64,000 nucleotides of DNA from Bacteroidota bacterium (GTDB taxonomy: Bacteria; Bacteroidota; Bacteroidia; 2-12-FULL-35-15): assembly GCA_003151815.1 (NCBI GenBank), contig PLYN01000012.1, positions 183-64,182 of the forward strand. Direction: 5' to 3'. Below are positions 60,622 through 64,000 of this stretch, piece by piece (position 1 is the stretch's first letter; every line of letters begins with the position of its first letter). The notes beneath the pieces are model-generated. The model had not been told where the DNA came from and searched no databases. It saw only the letters and a program-made list of their open reading frames with translations. A program made the position numbers and the translations under genes.

Positions 60622-60906
60622 ATAATTTTTTATTATAAACAATGAATGGTTCAAAAAAAAATTGATTTTGGACAAAAAAGAGGGTGGAAGATTCATTTAA
60701 AAACGTATTTCATTAATATATAGCGTTTTACGTTTTGATATTTTTATTAACATTTTTAAAAAAATTCAAGTCCTTCCATCAAATAAAAAAATTAAAAGGC
60801 AAAATATAGATTTTAGTAACTTGTTAAGATTTAGAAAAATTCATTCTTTCTGAAATCAAAAAACAGATGGGATTCAAAAAATAAAAAAAACGGAATTGCA
60901 CTTTTG

Positions 60907-60943
60907 ACCTCACCCTACCCCTCTCCTTGAAAAAGGAGAGGGG
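60907..60943. repeat. CCCCTCTCC..GGAGAGGGG REP-like element
   Basis: acctcaccctacccctctccttgaaaaaggagagggg. Confidence 0.85.
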
Positions 60944-61028
60944 CGTGTTTATACTTTTCAACAATTAATAAATATTCATTTCAAAAAAGTAAATTTGTAT
61001 GTTTTTTAAAAACAATACTAGCACTGAG

Positions 61029-63500
61029 ATGTCGAAGAATTATTTAGATGAATTAAATACGGTACAGCGTGAAGCGGTTGAATGTACGGAAGGTCCGGTG
61101 ATGACTATTGCCGGCGCAGGCTCAGGCAAAACACGCGTTCTGACTTATCGTATCGCGCATCTAATGAAAAAAGGTGTAGACCCTTTTAACATACTTTCCC
61201 TCACATTTACCAATAAGGCAGCCCGTGAGATGAAGGAGCGTATCGCGAAAATTGTTGGACCCGGTGAAGCCAAAAACCTTTGGATGGGTACTTTTCACTC
61301 GGTATTTGCACGTATTTTAAGGAGCGAAGCAGAAAAAATAGGCTATCCAAGTAATTTCACAATTTACGATACCGACGATTCCAAGAACATTATTAAAGCA
61401 ATTTTAAAAGAACAAAGCTTAGACGATAAAATATATAAGCCCAGCAGCGTGTTGGCAAGGATTTCGGCAGCAAAAAATAATTTACTTTCTTCACAAGCAT
61501 ACGTCAATAGTTTACAAATACAAGAGGAAGACCGGCAAGCAGCAAAACCAAAAATGGGAATTGTGTTTCAGCAATATGCCATTCGCTGTTTTAAAGCAGG
61601 AGCAATGGATTTTGATGACTTGCTGTATAACACCAATATTTTATTGAGAGATCATCCTGCTGTGTTGCACAAATATCAACACAAGTTCAAATACATTATG
61701 GTGGATGAGTATCAGGATACCAACTTTTCGCAATATGTAATTGTAAAACAGTTGGCCGCTGCATACCGCAATATATGCGTGGTTGGGGATGATGCGCAAA
61801 GTATTTATTCCTTCCGCGGAGCTAATATTCAAAATATTTTAAACTTCGAAAAAGATTATTCAGAGCTTCATATTTTTAAACTGGAGCAGAATTACCGATC
61901 TACAAAAAACATTGTAGGTGCTGCCAACAGCTCCATTTCACAAAATAAAGAGCAATTAAAAAAACTTGTGTTCACCGATAATGACGAAGGTGAACTGATA
62001 AAAGTGGTCAGGACAGATTCGGATAATGCGGAAGGTAATGTTGTTGCGAATTCTATTTTTGAAACAAAGATGAATGAGCGTGCTATGAATAACCATTTCG
62101 CTATCCTTTATCGCACCAATGCACAATCACGTGCTATGGAGGAAGCTTTGCGCAGACAAAATATTCCCTATCGTATTTATGGTGGACTATCTTTTTATCA
62201 ACGTAAAGAAATTAAGGATCTCTTATCCTATTATCGCCTGACCATCAACAATAATGATGAAGTGGCATTAAAGCGCATCATCAATTATCCGGCGCGAGGC
62301 ATTGGCGATACTACGATCGACAAAATTGTTGTTGCCGCCAATGACCATAACATCAGTCTTTGGAAAGTAATTGAAAATATCAATGAATTTGAGATCGGCT
62401 TGAACAACAGTGCTAAAAACAAAGTTGATGAATTTACTACAATGATTAAAAGTTTTTCGGCAATGTTAACAACACATAGCGCTTATGACCTTGGACAACA
62501 CATTGCAGTTCATTCGGGCATTTTGCGTGATCTGTATGCTGATAAATCGCCGGAAGGAGTGAGTCATCATGAGAACATTCAGGCTTTGTTGAATGGCTTG
62601 AAAGAGTTTACGGAAAGCGCGGAAGTTGATGGGGTAGAAGATAGAATACAGGAGACAGAAGAGGGGAGTGAGAAGATAGAAGTCAGAAGTCAGGAGGTAG
62701 AAGAAGAGAATGAGAATGAAGGAAGAAGGGAGAAGGGAGAACTTAATAACGAAATCCTTTTTCCAAATGAGGAGCAATCGTCAATCGTCAATCCCAATTC
62801 GTCAATCAATATTACCCTTACTGTTTTTATGCAGGACATTGCGTTAATGACCGACGCAGATAAAAAAATAGAAACCGAAGAGGATAAGAACAAAGTGGTA
62901 TTGATGACCATACATGCTTCGAAAGGGCTGGAATTCCCCTATGTATATATTGTTGGACTGGAAGAAAATTTATTTCCATCGCAAATGGCACTCACCGACA
63001 GAGTGGACTTAGAAGAAGAACGCAGGTTATTTTATGTAGCGCTTACACGTGCCGAAAAACGCGTAACCCTCACCTACTCTACTACACGATACAAATGGGG
63101 TAATTTAATTTATTCGGAACCCAGCCGATTTATTGAAGAAGTGAACGCAAAATATTTAGAGATGCCTGCTCAAAACAACAGCAACATGTTTGGTGAAGAA
63201 GAATATTCTGCTAAGCCGAAACTCCATACCGGTAAGCCAAAGGAAACATATACACAACGACCAGTTATTGGAAAAAAATTAGTGAAGATCACCTCAGCAG
63301 CAAAAAACACTTCTGATTTTGACACCGAAAGTTTACGTAACCTTCAGGTAGGAATGCAAGTAGGACACGATAGGTTTGGTATAGGTAAAGTAATTAGTAT
63401 GGATGGTACATTCCCCAATAATAAGGCTACCGTGCATTTTGAAGGTGTTGGACAAAAACAATTATTGATAAAGTTTGCGAAATTGAATATTCTGAATTGA
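61029..63500 (+). CDS. uvrD: UvrD/PcrA SF1 DNA helicase with a ~60-aa low-complexity insertion
   Basis: AGAGSGKT, TFTNKAA, VDEYQDT, QNYRS, TIHASKGLEF and EERRLFYVALTRA. Start placed at MSKNYL. Confidence 0.96.
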   Translation: MSKNYLDELNTVQREAVECTEGPVMTIAGAGSGKTRVLTYRIAHLMKKGVDPFNILSLTFTNKAAREMKERIAKIVGPGEAKNLWMGTFHSVFARILRSEAEKIGYPSNFTIYDTDDSKNIIKAILKEQSLDDKIYKPSSVLARISAAKNNLLSSQAYVNSLQIQEEDRQAAKPKMGIVFQQYAIRCFKAGAMDFDDLLYNTNILLRDHPAVLHKYQHKFKYIMVDEYQDTNFSQYVIVKQLAAAYRNICVVGDDAQSIYSFRGANIQNILNFEKDYSELHIFKLEQNYRSTKNIVGAANSSISQNKEQLKKLVFTDNDEGELIKVVRTDSDNAEGNVVANSIFETKMNERAMNNHFAILYRTNAQSRAMEEALRRQNIPYRIYGGLSFYQRKEIKDLLSYYRLTINNNDEVALKRIINYPARGIGDTTIDKIVVAANDHNISLWKVIENINEFEIGLNNSAKNKVDEFTTMIKSFSAMLTTHSAYDLGQHIAVHSGILRDLYADKSPEGVSHHENIQALLNGLKEFTESAEVDGVEDRIQETEEGSEKIEVRSQEVEEENENEGRREKGELNNEILFPNEEQSSIVNPNSSINITLTVFMQDIALMTDADKKIETEEDKNKVVLMTIHASKGLEFPYVYIVGLEENLFPSQMALTDRVDLEEERRLFYVALTRAEKRVTLTYSTTRYKWGNLIYSEPSRFIEEVNAKYLEMPAQNNSNMFGEEEYSAKPKLHTGKPKETYTQRPVIGKKLVKITSAAKNTSDFDTESLRNLQVGMQVGHDRFGIGKVISMDGTFPNNKATVHFEGVGQKQLLIKFAKLNILN

Positions 63501-63624
63501 ATAGGATCTTCCATCTAAGGTAGCAATTCAATTGAAGAAACATACATAGTATGTGCATTTATCCGGCAGATCTCATGGTAAAATATTTTTATAAATTATT
63601 TCTAAACATAGCCCCCTACAAAAC

Positions 63625-63655
63625 AAAAAAACCTTTGCTTTCGCAAAGGTTTTTT
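63625..63655. terminator. Bidirectional terminator between uvrD and the convergent FN3 gene
   Basis: aaaaaaacctttgc-tttc-gcaaaggtttttt. Confidence 0.88.
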
Positions 63656-63673
63656 GTAAGCCAACCAACACCA

Positions 63674-64000
63674 TTATAGAACAATAGTATTGATGGTATT
63701 GCTCCAAGGTTCCTGACCCTCCTTACCTACCGTGGCAACCCTGAAATAATAACGGGCGCCGCTTGTCAGTCCTTTTTTTATTAAGTTAGCTTGTGTAGCC
63801 TGCCCAATGGTTGCCCAGCCGGTTACAATTGAAGGGTCGCTTGTCATTTGCCAAATATACGTTGACCTTGCTGCAAATTTGGTTGACATCTTAACCTCTC
63901 CGGGATTACCGGTTGGCTTTACATTAAACTCTTTTGGTTGATGTGAACCGGGATCTTTAACATCCATACCTGAACTCAACGCAACGGATTCTGCAGTAAT
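63674..64000 (-). CDS. C-terminal part of a fibronectin type III-domain protein (5' end outside the window)
   Basis: The frame stays open to the window edge; ..GLTSGARYYFRVATVGKEG..PWS is an FN3-like C-terminus. Confidence 0.75.
   Translation of the reverse strand: MTAESVALSSGMDVKDPGSHQPKEFNVKPTGNPGEVKMSTKFAARSTYIWQMTSDPSIVTGWATIGQATQANLIKKGLTSGARYYFRVATVGKEGQEPWSNTINTIVL

Overview
AT-rich chromosomal segment from a Bacteroidota bacterium, indicated by TAnnTTTG -7 promoter boxes, a str cluster without tuf, and an argF'-type arginine pathway. Most genes are on the minus strand. In order: DAHP synthase/chorismate mutase and tyrA behind a Tyr/Phe-rich leader-peptide attenuator; an OMP/YidD-like/TM2-like operon; an arginine operon (GNAT, argG, argC, argD, argF', argB, M20, argH) behind a candidate Arg-Arg-stop leader peptide and split by a ~2.9 kb accessory islet; a RelE/ParE toxin-antitoxin pair and a solitary integron-type gene cassette with an attC site; pheA, VIT1, sucB and sucA; trpS; a surface-polysaccharide modification cluster (wecB, deacetylases, ACP, FkbH-like, AAC(3)-like, GNAT); radC, a quinone/acryloyl-CoA reductase, an FkbM methyltransferase, rpsT and carA; the complete str-S10-spc-alpha ribosomal protein cluster; then uvrD/pcrA and a truncated FN3 protein. 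I saw no rRNA, tRNA, CRISPR array, integrase or transposase. The most striking non-genic structure is a dense set of short repeat elements. About twenty 7/8-nt-periodic tandem arrays, mostly arranged as inverted arms between a stop codon and the next start, are concentrated in the r-protein cluster. Several GC-rich REP-like families are also present. Copies of both kinds appear to sit in frame inside essential genes (sucA, sucB, carA, uvrD). A self-contained ~200-nt unit encoding a 29-aa hydrophobic peptide, with 5'-3' end complementarity (type I toxin-like), lies in the arg islet. All alignments, counts and pairings were done by eye; no database searches or folding programs were run.
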